Below, piece after piece: positions 54,166 through 64,000 of a stretch of DNA of 64,000 nucleotides; position 1 is the stretch's first letter, and each line of letters begins with the position of its first letter. The notes beneath the pieces are model-generated. The model did no database searches, was not told the origin of the DNA, and worked only from the letters and a program-made list of their open reading frames with translations. This stretch comes from Felis catus (taxonomy: Eukaryota). Made by a program: the position numbers and the translations under genes. The DNA lies in assembly GCF_018350175.1 (NCBI RefSeq), contig NC_058379.1, positions 10,664,001 to 10,728,000 on the forward strand, in the 5' to 3' direction.

Positions 54166-57100
54166 CTGCCGGGACAGGGATCCAAGGAGCTCAGCCTCCG
54201 GGATGGCTCCCGGCTCCTCCCCTTCCGGGGGCCTCCAGACCGCCCCTCGGGGGACCCCACTCCCGTGCTGTGCTCACTGCTGTGGCCCCAGGGTCTGGCA
54301 CGTCTTAGGTGCTCAATAAAGCTTACACAGTCTGCTGCTGTGGTCAATGGCACAGAACCGCAAGCCAACCCTGCCAGGGTTCAAATCCCAGCTGGGACCT
54401 CTTGGACCTCGGGCAAGTCACTTAACTCCTCTGAGCCTCAGTTCCCCACTCTGAATGACAGATAATAGCACCTGCCTACTGGGTCCCAACGAGGAGCAGA
54501 CGAGTCACTATGTGGACAGTGCTCAGAACAAGGCCTAGCCCAGAGGAAAAGCCTCCTGAGGTTAATTATCACGATTACAGATCATCGAACAAAGATTTCT
54601 TGAGCATGTGCTCTATGGCGGGCACTGGGGACCCAGCACTGGTGGACAAAGACTCGAATCCTTGTCTCCCTGGATTGCATGCCTTAGGCTTGTTAGCTTA
54701 ACCTTCCTTTGGTAGCAGAGCAGTCACAGAAGGCTAGAGAGGGGAAGGGACTTGCCCAAGGTCACACAGCAAAGTGGCAGCAGCCCAGGTCAATGGCCTC
54801 ACCCGGGCTGCTTTCCCAGGTCTCCAGAAGGGCACTTAGCCCCTGCCTCCTGGCTCCCCACGAAGCTCTGGGTCCCCCTCCTCTACCATGTTCCCTCTCC
54901 CTGCCTGGCTCCTTCCTTCCCACGAGAGTGACCTTTTCAGGGCTCCCACACAGATGATCATTAAGGCGGCCCCAGATGTCTCCACTGGGGCCAGGGTGCC
55001 TGACAGGGGCCTGTCACCTCCTATGGGGATAAAGCTTGGAGGGAGAACAGCTGCTCCTTCCCAAGGCCCCCAGGCCATCCTCCCTTCCCCACAAGCTGCC
55101 CACCCGCAAGCCCAGAACAGCGGTCTGCTCCATCCCAGGTGGGCAGGGGCTGGGCAGCGAGGGTTGAGAGAGCCCGGCGGAGGCAGGGCCACATCACAGA
55201 GGCGCAGGGCGATGGAGACACAGACAGAGGCACAGAGAGGGAAGAGACATAGAGACACAGGGAGGGGGAGAGACCAACACTGGGAGATGTGTGTGTAGAG
55301 AGAGGAACAGGAACAATGAGGGAGATAGCACGAGACAGAGAGGACAGAGAACAACCGAGAGATGCGAAGAAAGAAGACAGAGAAAGAATGAAGAGAGACA
55401 GGAGCAGGGACAGGGATCTAGAGTCACAGACGGAAAGACAGAAACTGAGACCCAGAGAGAGGACGCTTCTGAGAAAACCAAAGACAGACGGAGAGGGATG
55501 GACAGGGGAGGCCCAGCCCAGGAGGAGGAGTGCCGTGCCAACAGAGAGGGAGCACAGCCTCCAGGAGGCCCGGAGTGAGGATGGGGACGAGTCTAGCAGC
55601 TGGGACATGGAACAGGGCCCGGATGCAGAGGCACCCAAGAGGCAGTGACCAGCCCTGCGGGGTTGCGGGGAGGCCTTGGATGGGAGCACCCAGGCTGGGT
55701 CGCTGCCCTCGCCTAGAAGACGTTGCATCTTCTCGCCCCCAGGTCACGTGTGGTGTGCCCAGCATAGAGGCCGTTCCCCCAGAGCAAGGGGGAGCCCTCT
55801 GACAGCAAGCTCACTCCCAGAGCTGGGGGTAGCATGGGGGCCATCGCCCCTCAGGCCGTGGCAGGGGTCCTGAGTGCGGCCACCAGGTGGCCTTTCTGCC
55901 CCACGGGGCCGACCCGGCCCTGGCGTGCAGGGCAGCTGACCACGCTGTGCCTGGGGAGCGCAGGCCCTGCCGACACAGCCCGTTCAAATCCCACCGCAGC
56001 CTGGCGCTGGCCCCAGGGCTCAGGCCCCGATCAAAGAGAACCAAAAGCCCAGATGATCCAATGGGCCACTTGCCACTCTGTTCTGAGGACCGTCCTACCT
56101 TGGCCTCTGCCCCGTCTCCCCCCTCTTCGCTCTGGGCCTCGCTGCTGGGATGCCCCTTCGTCCTCTGAGTCACGATCATCGACTTTCTGCTTCTGTTTCC
56201 ACTTCCGGTAGCTGGGAAACGGTGTTAAGGAGGCTGCGTGCTGGACCCTGGTGCCCTAGACACCTACGTAGCAGGTCCTGCCCGCTGGCAGACACAGGTC
56301 CCCCCTCTGGGGGGCGGGGGCAGCAGGAGCTGCTTGGCCCCACCCCCTGGGCCCCACCCCCGCCCCAGCTCCCACCTCCAGGGGATGCTGGATAGAAGCC
56401 GTTTGTCCCCACCCCCCGACCCCACCCCCCGGATACAGGTCCCGTTTGTAGGAGCTGCTGATGTAGTGGCCACTCTCCGTCTTGATCTTCTTCTTGTCTT
56501 CCTGGCCTGACTGCCCCACAAAGCGCTTCTTCTTACGGTCCCTGCGGGAGAGGGACTTGGGAGGGCTGCCACGGAGGGAGGGGGCCGGGGCGGCCCGCTT
56601 GCCCTCGGCGCCTGTTTCCACCCCAGCCCTCTCGCTGCGTGGCTGAGAGGACTCAAGGGAGGCAGCGTGCCTGTGCCTAGCACGCAGCAAGTGCTCAGTA
56701 AAGGCCTGTTCCCTGCCCCTCCTCGTCTCTTCCTGGCAGCCCAGGTGTGGGGTCACCGGGAACTGGGGGGCCTGTAACAGTGTTAGGGGCCCCTCTGGGA
56801 GGGTTCCCAATCCTACTCTGCCACCTCCTGGCTCTGCGACCCTGGGTGGGGTCCTATCCTCTGGAACCAGAGTCCAAATGGGAGAAATGGGTCACGAGCT
56901 CTGTCTAGAAAGATGAGCTGGCAAAAAGGACACATGGGTCAAGATGGGTCATACCCTGTTGTGTATGATGAAATTCAGGGGGCGGGAGGTGGGGGTGGGG
57001 TCACTGTCCTCACTGTGTGTGATCACGTGGGACAACACGGGGGGGGGGGTGTCACCATCTAGGCTGTGCACAATCAAACGCAGGGGGGGGGATTTCCCGC

Positions 57101-60100
57101 TCTAGAGGATCAAACAGGAGTCAGAAGGGCAGGGGGCCACGTGCCTGTTGCGTGGGACTACGTGGCAGACAGGGGGGCACGGAGGACACGCGCTCGCTCG
57201 CTCGCTCGCTCGCTTACCACTTGAGCTGCTGCCGGCCCCTGGTCAGGTTCTGGGCTTCATCCCCCATCAGGTCCAGGACAGCACCAGCCACCTGCTGCTC
57301 GAATGCCCCCGCAGCCCCACTGATGCTCAGGCTGCAGGGGGCGGGGGGAACAGGTCACAGGGTCAACGGCGAGCCCATCAGGCCCGACCTGCCGCACCCC
57401 AGGACCAGCCAGCCACTGACCCCCGCTCGCTGTCAAAATCCTTGGGCCGGTAGTGGATATAGAACTCCCGGTCCCGGTGCCGGGCCTCCTCCCTCCGCCT
57501 CTTGGCTCCCCGCTCAGGTCCCGGCTGCTGCCGCTTCCGGCCTATGACCTCTGTGAAGACATCCTGGCGGACAGAGGCCCCGGTCACACCGGCAGCCCCC
57601 GGGGAGCCCAGCTGGCCTCTCCACCCTCCAGTCCAGCCAGAGTCGAGAGCCAGGGGCTAAAAGTTTGGTATTGCCAGTTCCGCCCTCAGTTTCCTCGTCC
57701 GCGTTCCGGCACCGCCTCAGCACCGCCAGAGCAGACCGGGTGGGGGAGAGGGGGGCTGTGGTGCCAAGCGGGGCAAGACCCACCTTCCAGCCCCAGGCTG
57801 GTCCCTCAGACTGCGTGACCAAGGCAAGGCCCTGCCCCTCTCTGGGCCTGGCCTGGCTCTACACAGTATGGACTAGTCCCAGGGTTTTCACCCGTAGTTT
57901 CTGGCTGCTGAGCCCTCTGTCCAAATCAAATAGAAGAGGGACATCCTGGTGGACGAGCAGATCCAGGACCTCGCCCACCAGGTGGACAGGCTGTCCGTGT
58001 CCCCCCGGCCTGCCTTCCGGCACGAAGGTCCCACGTCTGAAGCTGCCTGCGTCATGCCCCACTGCTCCCAAGAGTCCCCTCTGCCCCTTTCCTCCTGCCC
58101 CGGGCCTCAGGCGAGACGGTCACAGTGACGATGACAATGATACGGCCGGCACTAGGGACCCTTGGGTGCCGCCGTGAATCTGCCCTGCGGGCCCGAGACC
58201 AGGGACCGTTGTCAACTGGCTGCTGTGCCCTGGTCCACAAGGTTCTGAAAATGAGCTTCCCTGAAATGCACTTGGTGGCAAAGGCCGAGCTGAGCCACCA
58301 AGAGGCTGCCTGTCACCTCAGCATGGGGGCCGCACGTCACGTCCTGTTGCAGGACCTCCGATGCCTCTGACAGCAGTGACCCCCCAGACCTCCGTGGGGT
58401 GTTAGGTCTACACAGGGCACCCACCCTGAAGATCCTGGATCCTGAGACACCCCCGGCACCGGGCTTTTGGGCAAGGCACAGGGACCACTCGGCGACGGGG
58501 AGGCTGAGGCTCCGAGTTACCGATTTGCACGTGTCAGGGGTGGGACCCGGCATCCACCCGCAGCGACTGCTCAGAGCCCTGAGAACAGCCCCACCTCTGC
58601 CCCTACCCCCCAGGCCCAGAATCTAGGGTCCCCAGGGTGGGGCCCATACCTCCAAACTCTCTCCCGCTGCCTCTTCCTCCTCCTCAGGTCTCTCTTCCCG
58701 GGGCGCCGGGCAGCCTGGGCCTGGGCCAGCTGGGCCCTCCTGCTGCCCCTGCCGCCCCTGCCGGAAGGTGGCGATGGCCTTGCGGTCCTTCTGCCGCTTG
58801 GCGCGCATCACCTGGCTGCTGAGGTCCCGGCTGGAGGCGTTGATCTCAAAGATGGTCTGCGGAGGGGACACAGGAGTCCTTCACCCACGGGCCGCCTCCT
58901 CCCCGGCCCTGCCCTCACCAGTCTGGGGGGCTCCCTATGGCATTTCTCTCCAAGTCCTTTCAACGAGGTGGTTATTCTCGTTATATGCGTTTCACCATTA
59001 GAAACGGGAGGCCCAGAGAGGGCAAGTAACCAACCTAAGGTCACACAGCTGAGACAAGCCAGGGTGGGATTTCAAGCCCAGTTCACGTGGTTCTGAAACC
59101 AGTGCTCGTAACCATGACACTCTCCAGCTCTCCTTCCCTGATACTGGCTGCCTGGCTTGCCCACTCCCGGGAAGGTCTCTCTGCGTTTCCCGCGTGCCCC
59201 GCACAGGCACCAGGTGGGGTGCTCAGGGGGCGTCAAGAGGGGATGAGAGGCTACTGAAAGCCAGCTCCGGGCCTCTGACACGTCACTCCCCTCTGTGAGC
59301 CTCAGTCTACCCCTCTGGAAGTGGCAGGAGATGGCTACCACATGGTGAACCTACTGCAGACCAGCCGGGATGGTTCTAGAACGGGAGGCATCTCTAGAGA
59401 TACCGATGAACCAGAGCTGAGAACAAAGAACCTGCAAACTCCGAAGGAAAGCCCCGCCGGGGTCCCACTGGGGGCGGGGGGCTCGGCCCGAGTCCCGGCT
59501 CCACGGCGGCCACCGCGTGACCCCAGGCCGCAGAGGGCCTCACCCCGCCCCCCGTGTGCTCTCACCCCCTTACTCACCGCCCGCGAGCGGTAGTGCTTGA
59601 TGGTGTCCACCATCCTCAGCCGCTGCAGCTCCTCCTCCTCGAAGCGCGAGCCTGGTGGGCGTGGGGAGGAGGTGTGAGGCCAGGGGCAGGCTCAGCGGGG
59701 CCCACCCACTGCCCCCGTCCCATGCCCCAAGGAGGGACTCACTGAAGAGGGGGTGGAGGCCCAGCCCCGCGACGTCCAGCTCCTTGGCCCTCTTGATGGA
59801 CTCAGGCGAGGGTGCGGGCCGGGAGCGCACGTACTGCTGCTGGGCGTTGTCGGCCACCCGGCCCAGGCCCCGCAGCTCCAGCGACGCTGACAGGGCGCTC
59901 CGGAGGCCGCCCTCCTCGTCGTCCACCACGCTCTGCGGCACCCGGCCCAGCACCCCGTCCCCACCGACCGCACCTGCCAGCACACATGCAGAGCCCGTCC
60001 GGCCCGGCCCCGGCCTGCGGCCGGCCCTCCCCTCACCGGCCCCAGAGTCAAGAGATAAGCCGCAGGTACGGAGCAGCTCCCACCGCCAGCCGCGCGGATG

Positions 60101-63100
60101 TGCTCAACCGGGCGCCCACGGTTACGGCCCCGGGGCCGCCGCCTGTGTTTACGAATATAGTTGTACTGGAACTCGGCCCCATCGATCCGTTTTCTCACTG
60201 CCCCTGGCTAACTTGTGCTCCAAGGGCAGGGTTGAGCAGGTGCCACGGACCGTATGACCTGCAAAGCCCAAGCTGTTGGCTACTGGCCTTCTGCCGACTC
60301 GCCCACAAGACCACCGAATCGCCAAGACACTCCCTTACAGAGGAGGAAACTGAGGCTCAGCAGGGGTTGGGAGTCTTGCCCAGCAGCTCTTCAGCCCCCA
60401 CGCTGAGTCAGGAGCCTGCCGGCCGGCCTTCCTCTGCACGAAGTCGGCCCCGGGCCAGGCCACCCACCCTGGCTGGCGCTCAGGCAGACGCAGGATGGTC
60501 TCCACTGAAAGCCAACTACTCTGTGGGTGGCGTCATGCTGGGACGCTGCTGTGGGGGCTCCTTCCCTCTCCCTGCCCCTCCCACCCCCGCCGCCCAGTGT
60601 CGATCCGGGTCTGCCACAGGCTCCAGAATGGCATTTGGGTGCCGGGCCCAGGGGCTCGGCCGCAGGGGCTCCTGACGCTCCGAGGCACAGAGGCGGTGCA
60701 CGGTGGGTGCCCGGCGAGCACGTGCAGGGCCGTATGCCGTGTCCAGGCCCCGAGCACAGGGCCCGTTTACACCGGGCCTCCCGCCTCCCTGCTCGGTAAC
60801 AAGGAACGCGGGATGCGTGGCTTGGCCTCACAAATTCTCCGACGAACGCACGAGAACGTGTGCGTTGAGGGCTCAACGGGTGGCAGGCCCATAGGTGGAG
60901 GCTGCCATGACCGCCGTTTCCTGCCCTACGTGATCCCACCCCACAGAGAGCGAAGGAAAGTTCTGTGAGCTCGGCCTAAACCCGAGTCTCCCTCTACCTG
61001 CCTGAGACTGCCCCAGAAACTCAGTTAAGTGCAGGGTCTCAAACATATACCTCCAGCAGCTGGGCACACAAGAGAAGTGGGGGGTGAAGGCTGCAGTGAA
61101 CCGGGGGCAGGGGTGGGGGGGAGGAGGGGGGCATCTATCCAGGAATGTGGCCTAGCACTGCCTGTACAGCAACCCCAGGAAAAGGCAGACTCAGCACAGC
61201 CAGACCTGACTGTTTTCCAAAAGACATCAGAAACCTGGACTTTTATGTGAAATCCTGAATTTAAAATACGGGGATCTCACCCCGGGGCCAAATCGAGCCC
61301 TACCTCCTCCCCAAGCCAGGACAGCGTCACCCCGGACTGCACCAGCAACCCACAGGGGACCCACAGGAACTCCTGTCCCGGTGCCCCGGCCTCTGCTCAC
61401 CTGAGGGCCCTTCATGGGGGCGGGCAAGGGTGAGGGCACGGCCGAGGAACAGGTGCAGGTCCAGCAGATAGGGGACCTCGTCTGGAGCCACCAAAGAGTA
61501 GGCTGTGCCACTTCGGCCCGCCCGGGCCACGCGGCCTGTGGGAAGAAAAGGTCAAGTTGAAGCAAAGACAAGGGACTCCACGGCCCAGCATGAGTCCCAC
61601 TGGCCCCACTCTAAAGCAGCAAGCCAGGCCAAGGCTGCACCTCACCGAGCCGCTGTCCCCAACTACAAAAGGAGAAGGGGCACCAACGATCACCGGGGTT
61701 CCCTGCACGAGCGCACGAGTCAACGCCGCGCTCTGGGAAGTCGGCAGAAACAAAGATAAGGCACCTCGCTCGTCGTCAGTATCAGAAGTGTGCAGTGTCC
61801 CCACTTTGGGAGATCTTCCCCCAAAGACCTGACAGAGAACTGGCTAAATGAACGAGCTGGAAACCCCAGGGGGGGGACTTATACAGGCGAGGAAAGGGGC
61901 CAGCACACTGTGGCCGGTGACCAAAGCCGGACCCCTGCCTATTCATATAAATAAAGTTTCACAGGCACACAGCCACGCTCCTTCATTTACGTATTTCAAG
62001 GGCTGCTTTCACACTACAACGGCAGAGATCACTGACACTATAAGCCCCCAGAGCCTCAAATCTTTACTTTCCGGTCCTTTACAAACACAACTTGCCCACC
62101 CGTCGTAGAATGATGCTTAATGGTGAGCGAAAAACACGCACGACGTACACTGATGGAAGAAACAGGTTACAGGAAGGAATATCCGGCGACTCTCGCTCTG
62201 TGTTAAGCGAACCCCAGGGTGACCCTACTTTGGGCTTGTTTCTGCCTCTCGTAAAAACAAAGTGTCTCCATATTCAGGAGGTTCATTTGGGGTGGTCTGA
62301 CTCACTTGGTCACAGAGCACAGGAGAAAGTCCCCTGGGGGGTTCTGTGGACCCCACAAGGAACCTGCAAGCCACCCCTCCCCAGAGCCATGGGAACCAGG
62401 GCACCACCAGCAGCAACCAAAGGGAGACCAGGCCCCCTGTCCCGCAGCAGGGGACCCAGATGGCGCCTCCCACACACCCCGACTGGAGGTGGAGGCGGTT
62501 CTCCCGGGGCCCACCACGGGTGGCCACCGTTTACTCATTCAACGACGTTGAATACACGGAACCTGCCGGCCAGATTCTTCTCTCACGGACGCGTGGTTAC
62601 CTTACCGGCATTTACAAATGCAACACGCACCTTCGAGAGTGAAAAGGAGACAAAGAAAGCAGAATGGTGGTGGCCAGGGCTGGGGGAGGGAGGGTGGGGA
62701 GCTCGTGTTTCATGGGAACAGAACTTCAGTTTGGAAAGAAGGAAAGGTTCTGGACGTGGCTGGTGGTGATGGGTGCACAGCCATACGAACGTACTCACTG
62801 CCCCTGAACTCACCCCTAAAAACGCTAACTGTGTGTTATGTACGCTTTACCGCTGTTTTTAAAAAGACAGCAGTGACGAGGGACACAGCAAAGTGACAGC
62901 CATGTCACCAGGGAGGCAAGAAGGGATGGCGGTGAAGAAGGGGTTCCAGCCCCAGCTGCCCCACTTTGCTACCTGTATGACCCCCGGCCAGTTATTAACC
63001 TCCCTGGCCTCAGCTTCCTCATCTGTGACACGGAGCCGATGCCGCTGACACCCGCTACATAGGGCTGTCACAAAGACAAAAAGAGCGAGTAAAACATTGG

Positions 63101-63882
63101 CACCTGGCCCCGCAGGAGCGCTGGGGGACCATCGAGTGGCCGTCACATCACTAACGAGAGGCACGCGACTCACTGCCTTCCATTGCTGTTTCATTTTGTA
63201 GTTTTCCTGCTATGCGCGTGCCTTACTTTTATCACTGGAGATTAAAGAGTACTTGGCCCGGGAGGGCTGAGAGGAAGGGGGGCCCCACGCGCGGACTCGA
63301 CAGTCAGGAGCTCCTGTCCACCGTGGGTGAACAGGAGGCAGAGGGGTCTGTGGGTGTTTAAACTGTGTGAAGGTTTAAAGGAGAGGAGCTGACCAGACAA
63401 AGTGACAGAGTTGCAGGGAGGGGGCTGTGAGGAGGAGGGGCTCAGGGGACGTGTCATTGGGGACCATGACAGCAAAGGGAGGCAGCGAGCCCAGGACGGG
63501 GAGTCAAAGTGGGAGGATCGGCGCTCAGAGCCGTGGGAATCGTGCCCGCGCCATGCCCCGGAGATGCGAACGCATGGGCCCTTCCCCAGGCCTCGAGTTC
63601 TCCAGTTGTGGCTCCAAGCCCCGCGGTCGCGGCCCCCACCCGGGGCCCAGATCCAGCTCCCGACTCCTCACCCACGCGGTGCAGGAAAAGCTTGCCCTTG
63701 GCAGGAAAGCTGTAGTTGATGACGTTGTCCAGCAGCGGGATGTCCAGGCCGCGGGCCGCCAGGTCCGTCACGATGAGGGTGGAGCACTTGCCGTGGGTGA
63801 ACTTGGCGAGGTTGATCTTGCGGGCCGTCTGGTCCAGGGCGCTGTAGATGTGCGCGCAACTCACCCCCTGGGTCGTCAGCAG
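53933..63882 (-). CDS. DDX54: DEAD-box helicase 54 (DBP10 family), 3' half; 5' exons lie beyond the window end
   Basis: Ten exons join in frame. They carry helicase motifs V ([11 protein letters not shown]) and VI ([13 protein letters not shown]), the DBP10-type C-terminus (WDRKKKRFV...KIKTESG...YRKWK) and end [15 protein letters not shown]...KKGKVRKSM*. Confidence 0.96.
55200..55500. repeat. GA-rich low-complexity tract in the last DDX54 intron
   Basis: Degenerate gagacagagagg repeats. Confidence 0.8.
56099..56211 (-). CDS. DDX54: DDX54 penultimate exon
   Basis: [19 protein letters not shown]...[10 protein letters not shown], 113 nt. Confidence 0.93.
56212..56436 (-). other. DDX54: U12-type (minor spliceosome) GT-AG intron in DDX54
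   Basis: Donor GTATCC; branch site CTCCTTAAC (56224-56232) ending 12 nt before the exon; no long polypyrimidine tract. Confidence 0.75.
56437..56541 (-). CDS. DDX54: DDX54 exon
   Basis: [34 protein letters not shown], 105 nt. Confidence 0.93.
57218..57331 (-). CDS. DDX54: DDX54 exon
   Basis: [25 protein letters not shown]...QQLK, 114 nt. Confidence 0.93.
57421..57563 (-). CDS. DDX54: DDX54 exon
   Basis: [11 protein letters not shown]...[14 protein letters not shown], 143 nt. Confidence 0.93.
58650..58856 (-). CDS. DDX54: DDX54 exon
   Basis: [21 protein letters not shown]...GESLE, 207 nt. Confidence 0.93.
59578..59651 (-). CDS. DDX54: DDX54 exon
   Basis: [24 protein letters not shown], 74 nt. 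Confidence 0.93.
59743..59973 (-). CDS. DDX54: DDX54 exon
   Basis: [17 protein letters not shown]...LGLHPLF, 231 nt. Confidence 0.94.
61401..61535 (-). CDS. DDX54: DDX54 exon (motif VI)
   Basis: [31 protein letters not shown]...GPS, 135 nt. Confidence 0.95.
61895..62105. mobile_element. MER58-type hAT DNA transposon
   Basis: tataaataaagtttcacaggcacacagccacgctccttcatttacgtatt...ggctgctttcacactacaacggcagag. Confidence 0.7.
62600..62865 (+). mobile_element. L1M 3' end fragment
   Basis: agcagaatggtggtggccagggctgggg...aaaggttctgga...ggtgatgggtgcaca. Confidence 0.7.
63672..63882 (-). CDS. DDX54: DDX54 exon (motif V)
   Basis: [25 protein letters not shown]...LFLHRV, 211 nt. Confidence 0.95.
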
Positions 63883-64000
63883 CTGCGCGGAGTGAAGACG
63901 AGAGGGAGGGAGAGGGGTAAGGAGGCTGGCGGGAGGCGGGAGAGGAGGCCAGGCCATGGCGGGGGTGCCACGGTGTGGTGGTAGGACCAAGTGTTCTGGG

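Noticed and set aside
55289-55648. 119-aa R/E/D-rich ORF resembling an RS/RE-domain protein
   Set aside because: It is the translation of a GA-rich low-complexity tract antisense in a DDX54 intron, with no promoter or splice support.
56930-57125. Degenerate 50-60 bp repeat units with G runs in a DDX54 intron
   Set aside because: Units are too divergent to define; at most a decayed minisatellite.
57900-58060. Protein-like + strand stretch ([20 protein letters not shown]) in a DDX54 intron
   Set aside because: Preceded by an in-frame stop, with no start, poly-A tail or TSD to indicate a retrocopy.

Overview
This is a GC-rich mammalian genomic window, almost certainly from a felid, judged by its many tRNA-derived CanSINE/SINEC_Fc-type elements (GGGGCGCCTGGGTGGCTCAGTCGG head, CT-rich body, A-rich tail). 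It carries the DTX1-RASAL1-CFAP73-DDX54 block. I rebuilt four spliced gene models by hand with GT-AG boundaries and consistent reading frames: the 3' part of DTX1 (+, last 7 coding exons, one mostly hidden by a 140-N gap), complete RASAL1 (-, 21 coding exons, 812 aa), complete CFAP73/CCDC42B (+, 7 coding exons, 307 aa) and the 3' half of DDX54 (-, last 10 exons). The rest is introns and intergenic DNA with SINEs, L1, L2/MIR, hAT-type DNA transposon relics, an ERVL-type LTR and microsatellites. Most ORFs in the supplied track are spurious GC-rich frames. I found no new gene family or wholly new biological system. The best leads are at the RNA-processing and regulatory level: a U12-type intron in DDX54 with an atypical donor, back-to-back opposite-strand poly(A) signals where CFAP73 and DDX54 converge, a palindromic RFX X-box in the CFAP73 promoter plus an X-box pair in a RASAL1 intron, a DTX1 exon starting with a consensus donor, a start-stop uORF in RASAL1, mirtron-like hairpins and an extended RASAL1 exon. 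Gene identities and comparisons with human or mouse come from recall, not database searches.
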